Positions 29,065-38,602 of a DNA stretch of 64,000 nucleotides are shown in pieces. Location: positions 40,813 through 104,812 of IMG/VR virus record IMGVR_UViG_3300029288_000107; one strand, written 5' to 3'. Under the pieces are notes generated by a model that did no database searches, was not told the DNA's origin, and saw nothing but the letters and a program-made list of their open reading frames with translations. Made by a program: the position numbers and the translations under genes. This DNA is from a virus. Its lineage: Duplodnaviria; Caudoviricetes. Position 1 is the stretch's first letter; each line of letters begins with the position of its first letter.

Positions 29065-32000
29065 ATGAGTGAGCCGACCTATCCGGGCGTGTACCTTCGC
29101 GAGACGAGCAGCGGTCCCGGTGCGATCACGGGCGTGAGCACGTCGAACCTGGGCCTCGTGGGCTGGACCTCGCGCGGGCGCATCGACTACCCCGTGCTGT
29201 GCACGTCGTTCGCCGACTACGTCGGAAAGTTCGGCGGATTCACGGCCGACGGGCTGGCGCCGACCATGGCGTACGCGTTCTTCGCCAACGGGGGGCAGCG
29301 GCTCTACATGGTCCGCGTGGCGCACAGCGACGCGGTGGACGCCTCCTGCTTCTGGTACAAGACGGTGACCGGCGAGGTGCTGGGCCACACGGTGGAGGCG
29401 ACGGGCCTCTACGTGCTGAGCACGAACAAGGTGCCGATTGTGCCGGGCTCGGTGCGCATGGAGTTCGAGGCGGCGGTCACCAACAATATCTTCGAGGATG
29501 ACGGCGCGGGCGCCATGACCTTCGTGGTGGCCGGGTCGGGCGGCGGCGGCGGCAGCGGTAGCATCGACTACGAGAGCGGCGAGATCAGCATCCAGCTCAC
29601 GGTGCCGGGCGACTACATCGGCGGCGGCGGCGGCGCCAACGATCAGACCTGCACGTACGACTACCGGGTCGCGACGTTCACCATGCAGTGGCCGGGTGTG
29701 GTGGGCAACCTCTTCCGCGTGCGCATCACCGGGTCGCCCAACTACTACGACCAGGACACGGCGAGCTACAGCGCCTACAAGGTCATGGTCGAGGAGAACG
29801 TGGCGGCGGTGGGTGCGACGGCGAGCTGGCAGACCGACGAGACCTTCGACGAGGTGGTGCTCGACGACGCCACGGACGCCAAGTACTTCAAGACCATCAT
29901 GGGCGACGTCTACAAGGGGTCGCAGATCGTGACGGTCACGGACTACGGCAACGCGCAGGACATCGCGGCGCTCAACGGCGTGGCGGTGACGGCGGAGAAC
30001 TTCGCAGGCGCGCAGGTGCCCGCGTACGACGGCACGACCAAGGCGTTCGCCTACACCATGGCCAACGCGGTGGCGCCGGGCACGTTGGAGGCCAGCTTCC
30101 AGTTCACGGAGTCGCTATACCGCATCGGCACCGGTGACGGCACGGCGGCCCCGGCCTGCAACCAGTTGGGTCACGACATCGAGGTGGGCGGCGGCACGGC
30201 GGCCACGGCGAAGGTGGTGGTCAACCTGACGCTGAGCATCGCGGGCGCCATCGCCATCTACGACGACGGTTTGGGCAGCCTGCGCACGGGTCCGTTCCCG
30301 GGCGTGGTGCACGGGACCGTGAGCTACACGACGGGGCAGGTCACGCTGGCGACGGCGGGCGGCAACGTGGTGGTGGGTGGATCGGCGATCCGCATTTCCG
30401 CGGTCTACAGCGACGCGGTGGTCGTGGTGGACGACGGCAACGGCGGTGTGAGCGTGCAGACCCCGGCGGTGGGCACGGATCCGCCGACGGAGTTCGGGCT
30501 CAACAGCAGTGGGACCAACAGCATCGACTACGACACGGGCGTGCTGACGCTCACGTGGAAGATCACGGGGCGCCCGGCGGACGGCCCGGCGGGCCTGAAC
30601 ATCGCGACGGCGGCGGCCAAGACCAGCACGGCGGGGCCGTGGGTGCTGACGCCGGGCTGCGCGTTCGACCTCGACGTGGACGGCGCGGGCGCGCCCACCA
30701 CGATCACGTTCAACGCCACGCAGGGCTACGTGGACACCACGAACGTGTGGCCGGTGGCGGATTGCGACGGGTTTCTCGTCACGTTCGCAGTGAACGGGAT
30801 CAACCGCACGGTGACGTTCGCCGGTGTCACGACGACGCAGGCGGCGGTCATGCTCCAGATTAACGCGCAGATCCCTGGCATCGCGAGCTACGATGCGGCG
30901 GGAGCGGCGAGGACGATCGCGGATCGGTACGGTAGCGGTTCGAACGTGACGATCGTGGCGAACACGACGGCCATGACGTTCGCGGCTCCGGTCGCGGGCA
31001 CGGGCGACGCTTCCAACATCGAGGCCGTTACGGCGGCGGAGTACGAGACGCTGGTGGAGGGCCTCGTGGCCGCGGTGGCCGTCACGGACAACGGCGACGG
31101 CACGCAGACCACGACATCGCTCACGACGGGCGTGGCGTCCGAGTTGACCTTCTCCAACCCGGTCCCGGCGGGCACGCTGACCGCGCTGGGAATCGTGGCG
31201 CCGCTCGACGTGTTTGGGACGGCGGGGTCGCTGGCGGGCAGCGAGTTGGCGGACTACTACACGCAGCCGAGCGACGAGGTCATCTACACCATGACCAGTG
31301 GCAGCGACGGCACGGCCACCACGCGGGCGGACGTCACGGCGGCGGCGCTGGAGGCCAACGCGGAGGGCGTGTACGCGCTGTCCAAGGCCGACGAGATCAT
31401 GCAGGTGGTCATCGCGGACTTCCAGACGGACGATGCGGTGTGCCGCGACGTGATCACGTTCTGCGAGAACATGGGCGACAAGTTCGGCCTGTTCACGGTG
31501 CCGGAGGGCCTCGACGAGCAGGAGGCGGTCAACTGGCGCAAGTTCACGCTGGCGCAGTACAGCAACAAGGTGGCGGCGCCGTACTACCCGCACGTCGCGA
31601 TCACGGATCCGGTGAGCGAGGCCACGCTGAACATCCCGATCGGCGGCCACGTGGCGGGTATCTACGCGCGCACCGACAACAACAAGAACGTGGGCAAGAA
31701 CCCGGCGGGCGTCGAGGACGGCGCGCTGCGGTGGCTGGAGGGGCTGGAGGTCGACCTGACGCGGGCGCAGGTGGGCTACTGCGACCAGAACATGGTCAAC
31801 TGCCTCGTGAGCTGGACGCAGACCGGCATGTGCGTCTGGGGCTGCAACACGCTGGAGGTGCCGGGCGGCCAGTTCGTGTACGTGTCGCAGAGGCGGCTCT
31901 TCCAGTACGTGGAGAAGTCGATCTTCAACGCGACGCACATCCACGTGTTCCAGAACAACGGTCCCGCGCTGTGGGCGGCCATCCGGCTCCAGGTCACCAG

Positions 32001-32187
32001 CTTCCTCATGGGGCTGTTCAACGCGGGCTACCTCGCGGGAACGACGCCGGACGAAGCGTTCTTCGTGGTCTGCGACGAGACCAACAACGACGCGGACACC
32101 GCGCTGGTCTACTGCGACGTCGGGCTGGCCGTGTCCAAACCGGCGAAGTTCCTCATCTTCAGCTTCTCACAGCTGACGATTGGGTAG
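29065..32187 (+). CDS. contractile tail sheath protein with large insertion
   Basis: YPGVY, FFANGG, YYPH, GHVAGIYARTD, VWG, RRLF, AFFVVCDETNN, PAKF. Confidence 0.95.
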   Translation: MSEPTYPGVYLRETSSGPGAITGVSTSNLGLVGWTSRGRIDYPVLCTSFADYVGKFGGFTADGLAPTMAYAFFANGGQRLYMVRVAHSDAVDASCFWYKTVTGEVLGHTVEATGLYVLSTNKVPIVPGSVRMEFEAAVTNNIFEDDGAGAMTFVVAGSGGGGGSGSIDYESGEISIQLTVPGDYIGGGGGANDQTCTYDYRVATFTMQWPGVVGNLFRVRITGSPNYYDQDTASYSAYKVMVEENVAAVGATASWQTDETFDEVVLDDATDAKYFKTIMGDVYKGSQIVTVTDYGNAQDIAALNGVAVTAENFAGAQVPAYDGTTKAFAYTMANAVAPGTLEASFQFTESLYRIGTGDGTAAPACNQLGHDIEVGGGTAATAKVVVNLTLSIAGAIAIYDDGLGSLRTGPFPGVVHGTVSYTTGQVTLATAGGNVVVGGSAIRISAVYSDAVVVVDDGNGGVSVQTPAVGTDPPTEFGLNSSGTNSIDYDTGVLTLTWKITGRPADGPAGLNIATAAAKTSTAGPWVLTPGCAFDLDVDGAGAPTTITFNATQGYVDTTNVWPVADCDGFLVTFAVNGINRTVTFAGVTTTQAAVMLQINAQIPGIASYDAAGAARTIADRYGSGSNVTIVANTTAMTFAAPVAGTGDASNIEAVTAAEYETLVEGLVAAVAVTDNGDGTQTTTSLTTGVASELTFSNPVPAGTLTALGIVAPLDVFGTAGSLAGSELADYYTQPSDEVIYTMTSGSDGTATTRADVTAAALEANAEGVYALSKADEIMQVVIADFQTDDAVCRDVITFCENMGDKFGLFTVPEGLDEQEAVNWRKFTLAQYSNKVAAPYYPHVAITDPVSEATLNIPIGGHVAGIYARTDNNKNVGKNPAGVEDGALRWLEGLEVDLTRAQVGYCDQNMVNCLVSWTQTGMCVWGCNTLEVPGGQFVYVSQRRLFQYVEKSIFNATHIHVFQNNGPALWAAIRLQVTSFLMGLFNAGYLAGTTPDEAFFVVCDETNNDADTALVYCDVGLAVSKPAKFLIFSFSQLTIG

Positions 32188-32209
32188 CGAAGGGGCAGCG
32201 AGGTAGGTC

Positions 32210-32683
32210 ATGGAGATCACGGTCTTCTCGGCGATACAGGAGCAGCACTTTCTGGTGGGGTCGCCCCTCGCCGGGGTGGCGCCAAACGGAACGGACTCAG
32301 AGGAGACGTGGGCGCGCGGGCGGATCCGGAAGTGGGCGGGTTGCACGGTGGGCGGGCTGTTCTCGTTCTACGTGGCTTCCACGTGGCACGCGTCGCACTC
32401 GGCCAACCTGCGACAGATCGCGTGGAACCTGGACGGAATGGCGAACATCCAGTTCTCGTGGCGGGATCCGGACGGGATCTGGGTGCCGTTCGCGGAGCCC
32501 ACGGCGGACATCGGACTGATGGATCTCCAGCAGGTCATGCTGTTCCCGCCGCGGGGAGCCCTGCGGGTGACGGCGAACGGGGCGACACTGGCGGACTCGG
32601 CGATCGTAACGTGGTGGGAGGGCGGCATGTTCGACGACATGTTCGCTCACGTGCGGACACTCGGGCAGGAGGCGCGGCCGTAG
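32210..32683 (+). CDS. hypothetical virion protein
   Basis: Between sheath and tube; SD GAGGT. Confidence 0.65.
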   Translation: MEITVFSAIQEQHFLVGSPLAGVAPNGTDSEETWARGRIRKWAGCTVGGLFSFYVASTWHASHSANLRQIAWNLDGMANIQFSWRDPDGIWVPFAEPTADIGLMDLQQVMLFPPRGALRVTANGATLADSAIVTWWEGGMFDDMFAHVRTLGQEARP

Positions 32684-32707
32684 GCGGCGCGGCGCAGGAG
32701 GACCAAC

Positions 32708-33238
32708 ATGGCGAGGGCAGCGACGAACGACTTTCTGCAAGGGTTCCGGTACCACGCGGTGGCGCGGACGTTCGATGGCACCAACCCGTTGCAGATCGAC
32801 CGCGGCGAGAGCGGCATGAACCCGCAGGCGGGGTTCCAGAGCATCACGATCCCCGAGCTGTCGCAGGACGTGGTGGAGTACCGCGAGGGCAACAGCTTCT
32901 GGACGGCGAAGCAGCCGGGCATCCCGACCGTGAGCGACATCACGCTCATGCGGGGCGTCACGAAGAGCGACACTACGTTCTTCAACTGGGTGCTCGGCGC
33001 CATCCAGGGCGTCAACTACCGGGTGGACCTCGATATCTACCACTACGCACGGGACGAGATGACCATCGGTGTGTCCACGACGGCTGCGGAGCCTAGCGAT
33101 CGGCCGCTCTACTGCAAGGACTGCATCCCGACCCGCGTGAAGCCGCTCGGGGACCTCGATGCGACAGCCAGCGAGGTCAGCCTCGCGGAAGTCGACGTGG
33201 CGGTGGAGCGGTTCGCACACGATCCGGCGGCTGTCTAG
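32708..33238 (+). CDS. tail tube protein, gp19-like
   Basis: AGFQS, VEYREG, QPG...DITLMRG, GDLDAT. Confidence 0.9.
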   Translation: MARAATNDFLQGFRYHAVARTFDGTNPLQIDRGESGMNPQAGFQSITIPELSQDVVEYREGNSFWTAKQPGIPTVSDITLMRGVTKSDTTFFNWVLGAIQGVNYRVDLDIYHYARDEMTIGVSTTAAEPSDRPLYCKDCIPTRVKPLGDLDATASEVSLAEVDVAVERFAHDPAAV

Positions 33239-33273
33239 CGGACGCGCACGCGCGTGCGCACGGGTGATCAGCG

Positions 33274-33888
33274 ATGGCGCGCAACATCCTAGCCGATCTG
33301 TTGCAGAACCATCGTTTCTGGCTCATGGATCTGGTGCCGTCGGCGACCTACCCGTTCTTCGTGTTGGGCTCCCCCATCTACGGGTTCCAGAGCATCTCGA
33401 TGCCGGAGTACACGTTCGAGACGCGCGAGATCAAGCAGATGAACAGCATGCTCAAGCGCACCGTGTACGAGGGTGGCGGCTGGGGCACAATCACGCTGTC
33501 GCGGGGTGTGCGCATCGTGGACGACACGTTCTACGAGTGGGTACGGCGCGCCATCGACGGGCTGGACACGATCGATCGGGATCTGCTGCTGGTGCAGTTC
33601 CACCCGGCGAGCGCGAAGATTCTCGACGGGGCCAACATCCAGGCGCTGGTCAACGGCGCCGGGGCCATCGGAAACCCGACGGCGGCGGCGGTGAACGCGC
33701 TGGTGGGCGGCATGGACTGCGGCTACCTGCGCAACATCCCGGGCAAGGCGTGGCTGCTCTGGGGGGCCGTGCCGACGCGCTACAAGCCGGGCAGCGATTT
33801 GGACGCAACGGACGCCGGGGTCAGCATCATGGAGATCGAGATCGCTGTGACGAATGTGTCTGAGTTTTCACTACTTTCGCCACTTTAG
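33274..33888 (+). CDS. second tail tube paralogue
   Basis: GFQSISMPE, ITLSRG, FYEW, PTRYKPGSDLDA. Confidence 0.85.
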   Translation: MARNILADLLQNHRFWLMDLVPSATYPFFVLGSPIYGFQSISMPEYTFETREIKQMNSMLKRTVYEGGGWGTITLSRGVRIVDDTFYEWVRRAIDGLDTIDRDLLLVQFHPASAKILDGANIQALVNGAGAIGNPTAAAVNALVGGMDCGYLRNIPGKAWLLWGAVPTRYKPGSDLDATDAGVSIMEIEIAVTNVSEFSLLSPL

Positions 33889-33897
33889 GAGCTAATC

Positions 33898-34424
33898 GTG
33901 AATGGACTGCGCGAGGTATTGCGGCGGGTGCAGGAGGCGGCGGTTCCGGTGGCGGCGTGGCCGGAGCAGTGGAGGCGCTGGGCGCCCGAGTTGGCGGACC
34001 AGCGGGTTGGTCAGCGCATGACGGCGGATCGGGTGCCCGTACTGCGCAAGGAGGGGCTGGACGGGGAGTGGGCCGTGGAGCGCGAGCGGGACGGGACGTT
34101 CCAGATGTCTTGTACTGTGGGCGTGGCGCGGAACTGGAAGTGGACGGGCGTAGCATGGTACAGGCGCCGATCCACCGGGGGTCGGATCCGGAGGAGACGG
34201 TGCCCATGCGGTGCGAGGTGACTCTGCGGCCCAGTGAGCGTGGTGTCGCGTGGGACTGGAGCGTGGTGCAGGGCGAGCGCGACGAGGAAGTAGGGGCCGA
34301 CGAGGGACAGGTGCCGTGGGCGCGGGTGGATGCGCTATCTGGCGTGGTGCGGGCGGCGGCGCGGGCCTTCGAGTCGGCGCAACGGGCGGTGGAGAACGGC
34401 GACGATTTGGACGTGGGAGACTAG
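33898..34424 (+). pseudogene. hypothetical gene apparently broken by a frameshift near 34160, or two short overlapping ORFs
   Basis: GC3-rich frame switches from the 33898 frame to the frame ending 34424; leader MNGLREVL...QEA. Confidence 0.4.
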
Positions 34425-34425
34425 A

Positions 34426-34860
34426 GTGGCGGACCTTGAAGCGGCCCGGGAGGTGGTGGAGCTGGCGCTGGCCGACCTGCGACGGGTCGGAGCGGTGCGA
34501 CGCTACCGGGTCGGTGCTGGGGATGGGGCAGCCCGCGGCATCGCTACGCTGTACGGGCGGCACATGGAGGAGCGGGGCGAGGTGCGCATCGAGGTGGTGC
34601 CGGACGGGTCCGATGCGGAGGTCGCCGTGCGCTGGACGTCGCCGCTGGGCGGGCGCTGGTGGGCGGAGGTGGTGGACCTGCCGGGGGGTGGCGCGGACCC
34701 GTACGGGGCGGCGTGGAGCATGCTGGACGCCGTGCTGGCGGACGTGCGGCGCTGGGCGACGGGATCCATTCGACCGGAGCAGTTGACGACGGCGTACAGC
34801 CGTCCCAAGATCCGAGCCACCGTCGAGGCGGCGTGGGCGCGGGGGATGACGTGGGCATGA
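34426..34860 (+). CDS. hypothetical protein
   Basis: GTG start, ATGA overlap with next gene. Confidence 0.55.
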   Translation: MADLEAAREVVELALADLRRVGAVRRYRVGAGDGAARGIATLYGRHMEERGEVRIEVVPDGSDAEVAVRWTSPLGGRWWAEVVDLPGGGADPYGAAWSMLDAVLADVRRWATGSIRPEQLTTAYSRPKIRATVEAAWARGMTWA

Positions 34861-35486
34861 AGGCGATCTGCATCGCACCGAAGTTCAACTCGGGGGCCAA
34901 GCACGATGCGACTGGCGCGTTTCAGCCGGAGGCGCGGGCCTTCGTGAAGCGGTGGGGAGGCACGCTGCTGCTGGTGGACAACCTTGCTGGTAAGGCGGCC
35001 ATGCGGCGCGCCGTGCTGGAGGCGGTGGGGGCGGACCCGCCCGACGTGCTGGCGCTGTTCTGCCACGGGTGGAACACGGGCATCCAGTTTGGGTTCGGGC
35101 TGCGGGATGTGCCCGCGCTGGCCGAGCTGTTCCGGCGGAACGACCACGATCCGGTGATCGCGATCTACGGCTGCCTGACCGGCGGCAGCGCGGGGCCCGG
35201 CGGCGACGGGGGCTTCGCGGACGTGCTGCGGGATGCGCTCTGTGCGGTGGGGCAGGTGCAGTGCCAGGTGGACGCGCACACGACTGCGGGGCACGCGACG
35301 CGGAACCCGTACGTGCGACGCTTCGAGGGCGGGGGCGTGGCGAGCGGGGGCGTGGGGGGCTACTACCTCGTGACGCCGAGGTCGGCCAAGTGGCAGCGGT
35401 GGGTGCGGGCCTTGCAGGGCGATCTGCGGCTGCGCTTCCCGCTCATGTCCGCGATGGAGATTCATGCGGAGCTGGAGGGAGCATGA
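34857..35486 (+). CDS. putative clan CD (caspase/C80/DUF4347-like) cysteine peptidase
   Basis: LALFCHGW and IAIYGCLTG His-Gly / Cys strand motifs. Confidence 0.55.
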   Translation: MKAICIAPKFNSGAKHDATGAFQPEARAFVKRWGGTLLLVDNLAGKAAMRRAVLEAVGADPPDVLALFCHGWNTGIQFGFGLRDVPALAELFRRNDHDPVIAIYGCLTGGSAGPGGDGGFADVLRDALCAVGQVQCQVDAHTTAGHATRNPYVRRFEGGGVASGGVGGYYLVTPRSAKWQRWVRALQGDLRLRFPLMSAMEIHAELEGA

Positions 35487-35692
35487 GCCTGCGGGACTTG
35501 CGGCGGAGCATCGAGGAGAAGCGGCGGGTGGACCGGGATCCGGCCAAAGAGCTGTTCCACCGGTACTTCGACGACAAGCAGGTGCACATGGAGGACGTCG
35601 CGAAGGTGATCGCGGAGATCGAGGACGCGCTGCGCGAGGGCAAGGACCCGAAGGCGTTCATGCCGGACCTCGTGCGGCGCTGGGGCAAGTAG
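35483..35692 (+). CDS. small protein, candidate head cargo; paralogue of a domain in 20973..22499
   Basis: Leader MSLRDLRRSIEE; YF...EIE...GKD...MP motif shared. Confidence 0.7.
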   Translation: MSLRDLRRSIEEKRRVDRDPAKELFHRYFDDKQVHMEDVAKVIAEIEDALREGKDPKAFMPDLVRRWGK

Positions 35693-35716
35693 CGCACGCG
35701 CGTGCGCAAGGAGGCG

Positions 35717-36160
35717 ATGATGGACAGGGTGTTGTTCGGGATCATGCTGATCGGGATCACGGTGGCGATGGTGGCGTGCGCGGTGACGGGCGTGCCGCGG
35801 GCGCGGCGGGGCGTGCGGGCTCTGGGCGGCATGACGGACGATCAGTGCGTGGCGCTCATGGAGAAGCGGGACGATGTGCTGCTGGCGGCTAAGATCCTCG
35901 GCGGCGTGGGTGGGCTCGGCGCGCTGGCCACGCCGCTGGTGGACATGGAGGACGACCGCAAGGAGCAGAACGCGCAGTGGGGCATCGCGGCGGGCGCCGG
36001 GACGGTGTCGGCGGTGGCCGTCGGCGTACTTTGGTACGGCGAGCGCAAGAGCCAAGAGTTCGAGCTGTACTGCGAGATGGCGGAGCGGGACGCGACGAGC
36101 GGGGCGAGCCCGGTGCTGGACGACCAGTACGGGCCGGGGGCGGTCGATGCCGGGCAGTAG
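35717..36160 (+). CDS. membrane protein/lipoprotein with Gly-rich helices
   Basis: Signal ending MVAC plus two Gly-rich hydrophobic segments. Confidence 0.65.
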   Translation: MMDRVLFGIMLIGITVAMVACAVTGVPRARRGVRALGGMTDDQCVALMEKRDDVLLAAKILGGVGGLGALATPLVDMEDDRKEQNAQWGIAAGAGTVSAVAVGVLWYGERKSQEFELYCEMAERDATSGASPVLDDQYGPGAVDAGQ

Positions 36161-36971
36161 GCGCGCGCTGCTGGTGGGCATCAACGCCTACCCGGGGCAA
36201 CCCTTGGCGGGCTGCGTGGCGGACACGGCGGCGCTCGCGGAGCGGCTGGTGGCGCGCTACGCGTTCCGGCGGGCCGACGTGCGGGTCGTGACGGACGCGC
36301 GGGCCACGGCGGCGGCCATCCGGGCGCGGCTCGCGTGGCTGGTGGCGGGCGCCAAGCCCGGCGACGAGTTGGTCTACGCGTTCAGCGGGCACGGCGTGCA
36401 GGTGGCGGCGCGCACCGCGGCGGGCGAGGTGGACGGGCTGGACGAGGCTCAGGTGCCGGTGGACTTCGACTGGACGGACGGCACGCTCATCCGAGACGAC
36501 GATCTGGCGACGGTGTTCGTGGCGATCCCGGCCGGGGCGCACCTCACGGTGATCTCAGATAGCTGTCACAGCGGCACGCTGGCGCGCGAGTGGTCGCCGA
36601 TCCGGCGGCTGCTGGGCCGCACGCGTCGGGCGCGGACCATGACGGTGCACGGGGATCTGGTGTGGCGCAACGCGGCGGCGCAGGGGCACAAGCGGAACGG
36701 CCGCGTGCCGGTGCTGGCGGCGGGGGCGTGGCTGGAGGCGTGCCGGGCCACGCAGACGGCGGCGGACGCGTGGTTCGGGCGGAAGCCGAGGGGGGCTTTC
36801 AGCTACTGCTTTGGGCAGGCGCTGGATCGGGATCCAAACGTGACGCTGGCCGACCTGCGCGTGCTTGTGGGTCGCGGGCTGACGCGGGCCGGGTTCGGGC
36901 AGGATCCGGTGTTCGAGGGTGCAGAGTTGCATCGCCCGTTCTTGGGTGGCGTGCGGGAGGCGACGTCGTGA
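36147..36971 (+). CDS. metacaspase / caspase-family C14 peptidase
   Basis: ALLVGINAY, L.GCVAD, FSGHG, SDSCHSG, GAFS. Confidence 0.92.
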   Translation: MPGSRRALLVGINAYPGQPLAGCVADTAALAERLVARYAFRRADVRVVTDARATAAAIRARLAWLVAGAKPGDELVYAFSGHGVQVAARTAAGEVDGLDEAQVPVDFDWTDGTLIRDDDLATVFVAIPAGAHLTVISDSCHSGTLAREWSPIRRLLGRTRRARTMTVHGDLVWRNAAAQGHKRNGRVPVLAAGAWLEACRATQTAADAWFGRKPRGAFSYCFGQALDRDPNVTLADLRVLVGRGLTRAGFGQDPVFEGAELHRPFLGGVREATS

Positions 36972-37606
36972 GGACGGTGCGGGAGTTGCTGCGCGAGGCG
37001 GCGCGCGTCGCAGAGGCGGACGTGCGGGCGATGCCGTGGAAGTTCGGAGCGGCGGCCTACCAAGCCGCGTTGGGAGTGCACCAACCGTGGATCGCGGAGA
37101 TCTCGCCGATGCAGTACGCGCACATGGGGAAGTCACAGAAGGCGGCGTACGACAAAAAGCGGTCGGCGGAGTGGGACGCGAGCGCCGCGGTGAAGCAGGA
37201 GTGGCGGGCGGCGGTGGCGGCCGCGTACCAGTCGGGGGAGTTCGATCCCAAGGATGCGGACGTGCACCCGGAGGCGGTGGCGGTGGCGCGCGAGGCAGAT
37301 CGGGCGAAGGCGGACGCGGAAGCGAAGGTGGTGCGCGCGGTCAAGAACAGGGAGAACGCGATCACGGACGCCAAGCAGGTGAAGGTGGGGGATCGCGTGT
37401 GGCTGGTCATCCAACGCGCCTACGCAGAGGTGCTGAAGGTGTCGACGAAGAGTGTGGTGGTGAAGGGGGCGTTCGGACCGTACAAGGTGCCGGTGCAGGA
37501 GCGGACGCCGCTGCTGCTGTGGAACGATCCGCGAGAAGTGGGAGAGGCGGTGACGGTGCTGGCGTTGATGGGCGAGGCGGTGCTGGAGAGGGCGGAATGG
37601 CTGTAG
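36968..37606 (+). CDS. hypothetical protein with C-terminal KOW/SH3-like motif, candidate head cargo
   Basis: Leader MRTVRELLREA; VKVGDRV...VLKVSTKSV. Confidence 0.7.
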   Translation: MRTVRELLREAARVAEADVRAMPWKFGAAAYQAALGVHQPWIAEISPMQYAHMGKSQKAAYDKKRSAEWDASAAVKQEWRAAVAAAYQSGEFDPKDADVHPEAVAVAREADRAKADAEAKVVRAVKNRENAITDAKQVKVGDRVWLVIQRAYAEVLKVSTKSVVVKGAFGPYKVPVQERTPLLLWNDPREVGEAVTVLALMGEAVLERAEWL

Positions 37607-37625
37607 GAGGGAAGGCGGTGGAGGG

Positions 37626-37922
37626 ATGAGTCTCGGACGGAAGCTGATACGGATGGGCACGCCGGAGGGGGATCTGCCGCCGCGGCTGCTGGCGCAGGTG
37701 GGGCGGCTGCGGACGGACGCGGTGCGGTTCTGCCAGGGGCGTGAGGCGCACGGATCGGTGGTGCTGGAGGGGGCGGCCGTGGTGGTGGACCTCACGGGGC
37801 GGGATGCCGCGTTTGTGGCACGTCAACTCGCGCGGCGCGTGCTTGCACCGCTCCACGCGGTAGTGGAAGATGGTGGACGAGGTCACGCGCGGCTGCGGGT
37901 GACGGAGGAGACGTCGCAGTGA
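37626..37922 (+). CDS. hypothetical protein
   Basis: SD GGAGG; GTGA overlap with next. Confidence 0.6.
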   Translation: MSLGRKLIRMGTPEGDLPPRLLAQVGRLRTDAVRFCQGREAHGSVVLEGAAVVVDLTGRDAAFVARQLARRVLAPLHAVVEDGGRGHARLRVTEETSQ

Positions 37923-38593
37923 GGACGGTGCGGGAGCTGATGGGAGAGGACGACGCGGTAACGACCACGGCGGACATACCTAGCATCCCGATGCCGTTCG
38001 TAGCGCCTGCTCGAAGGCGCAAGCGCAAGAGGGTGCACGCCATGAAGATCGGCGAGGAGATCGTCATCAACGAGTGGAAGACCCGGCCGGTCGGCGACGA
38101 CAGCTGGGAGGTCAAGGTCGGCAAGAAGTGGGTGCAGGGGCGGTGGCGCACCATCGGGAAGCAGCGCGTGTTTCTCAAGGGGAGCGGTGGCACGCTGCCC
38201 GAGAAGCCGAACGCGATGCAAGCGAAGAAGCCGGGCCTCGTGGCGAAGATCAAGGCAGCCCTGTCGGGCGCCGTGGAAGGGTGGCGAAAGGGCCACCGAT
38301 CGGAGGATATGAACATGAGCGAGATCGGACGGATTGCGCGGTCCTTGCAGGAGGCCGAGGGCAAGAAGGCGGCCAGCAAGAACGTCATCGAGCTGCTGGC
38401 GGTGGACATGACGGAGGCGCCCAAGGTCGTGCGGCGGCTGGAGAAGCTGCTCGGCGACAAGGCGGCCGAGGCGGGCCCCGGGCTGGCGGAGGCGCTGATG
38501 CCGACCATCACCAAGTGGCTGGAGGCGCAGGGGCTGCGCGTGCAGGGCACGGCAGCGGCCGAGAAGGCGCTCAAGCAGTCGGCGCGGGCGTAG
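37919..38593 (+). CDS. hypothetical protein, candidate head cargo
   Basis: Leader MRTVRELMGED; GRWRTIGKQRVFL; internal ARSLQEA. Confidence 0.7.
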   Translation: MRTVRELMGEDDAVTTTADIPSIPMPFVAPARRRKRKRVHAMKIGEEIVINEWKTRPVGDDSWEVKVGKKWVQGRWRTIGKQRVFLKGSGGTLPEKPNAMQAKKPGLVAKIKAALSGAVEGWRKGHRSEDMNMSEIGRIARSLQEAEGKKAASKNVIELLAVDMTEAPKVVRRLEKLLGDKAAEAGPGLAEALMPTITKWLEAQGLRVQGTAAAEKALKQSARA

Positions 38594-38602
38594 GGGGAGA
38601 TC

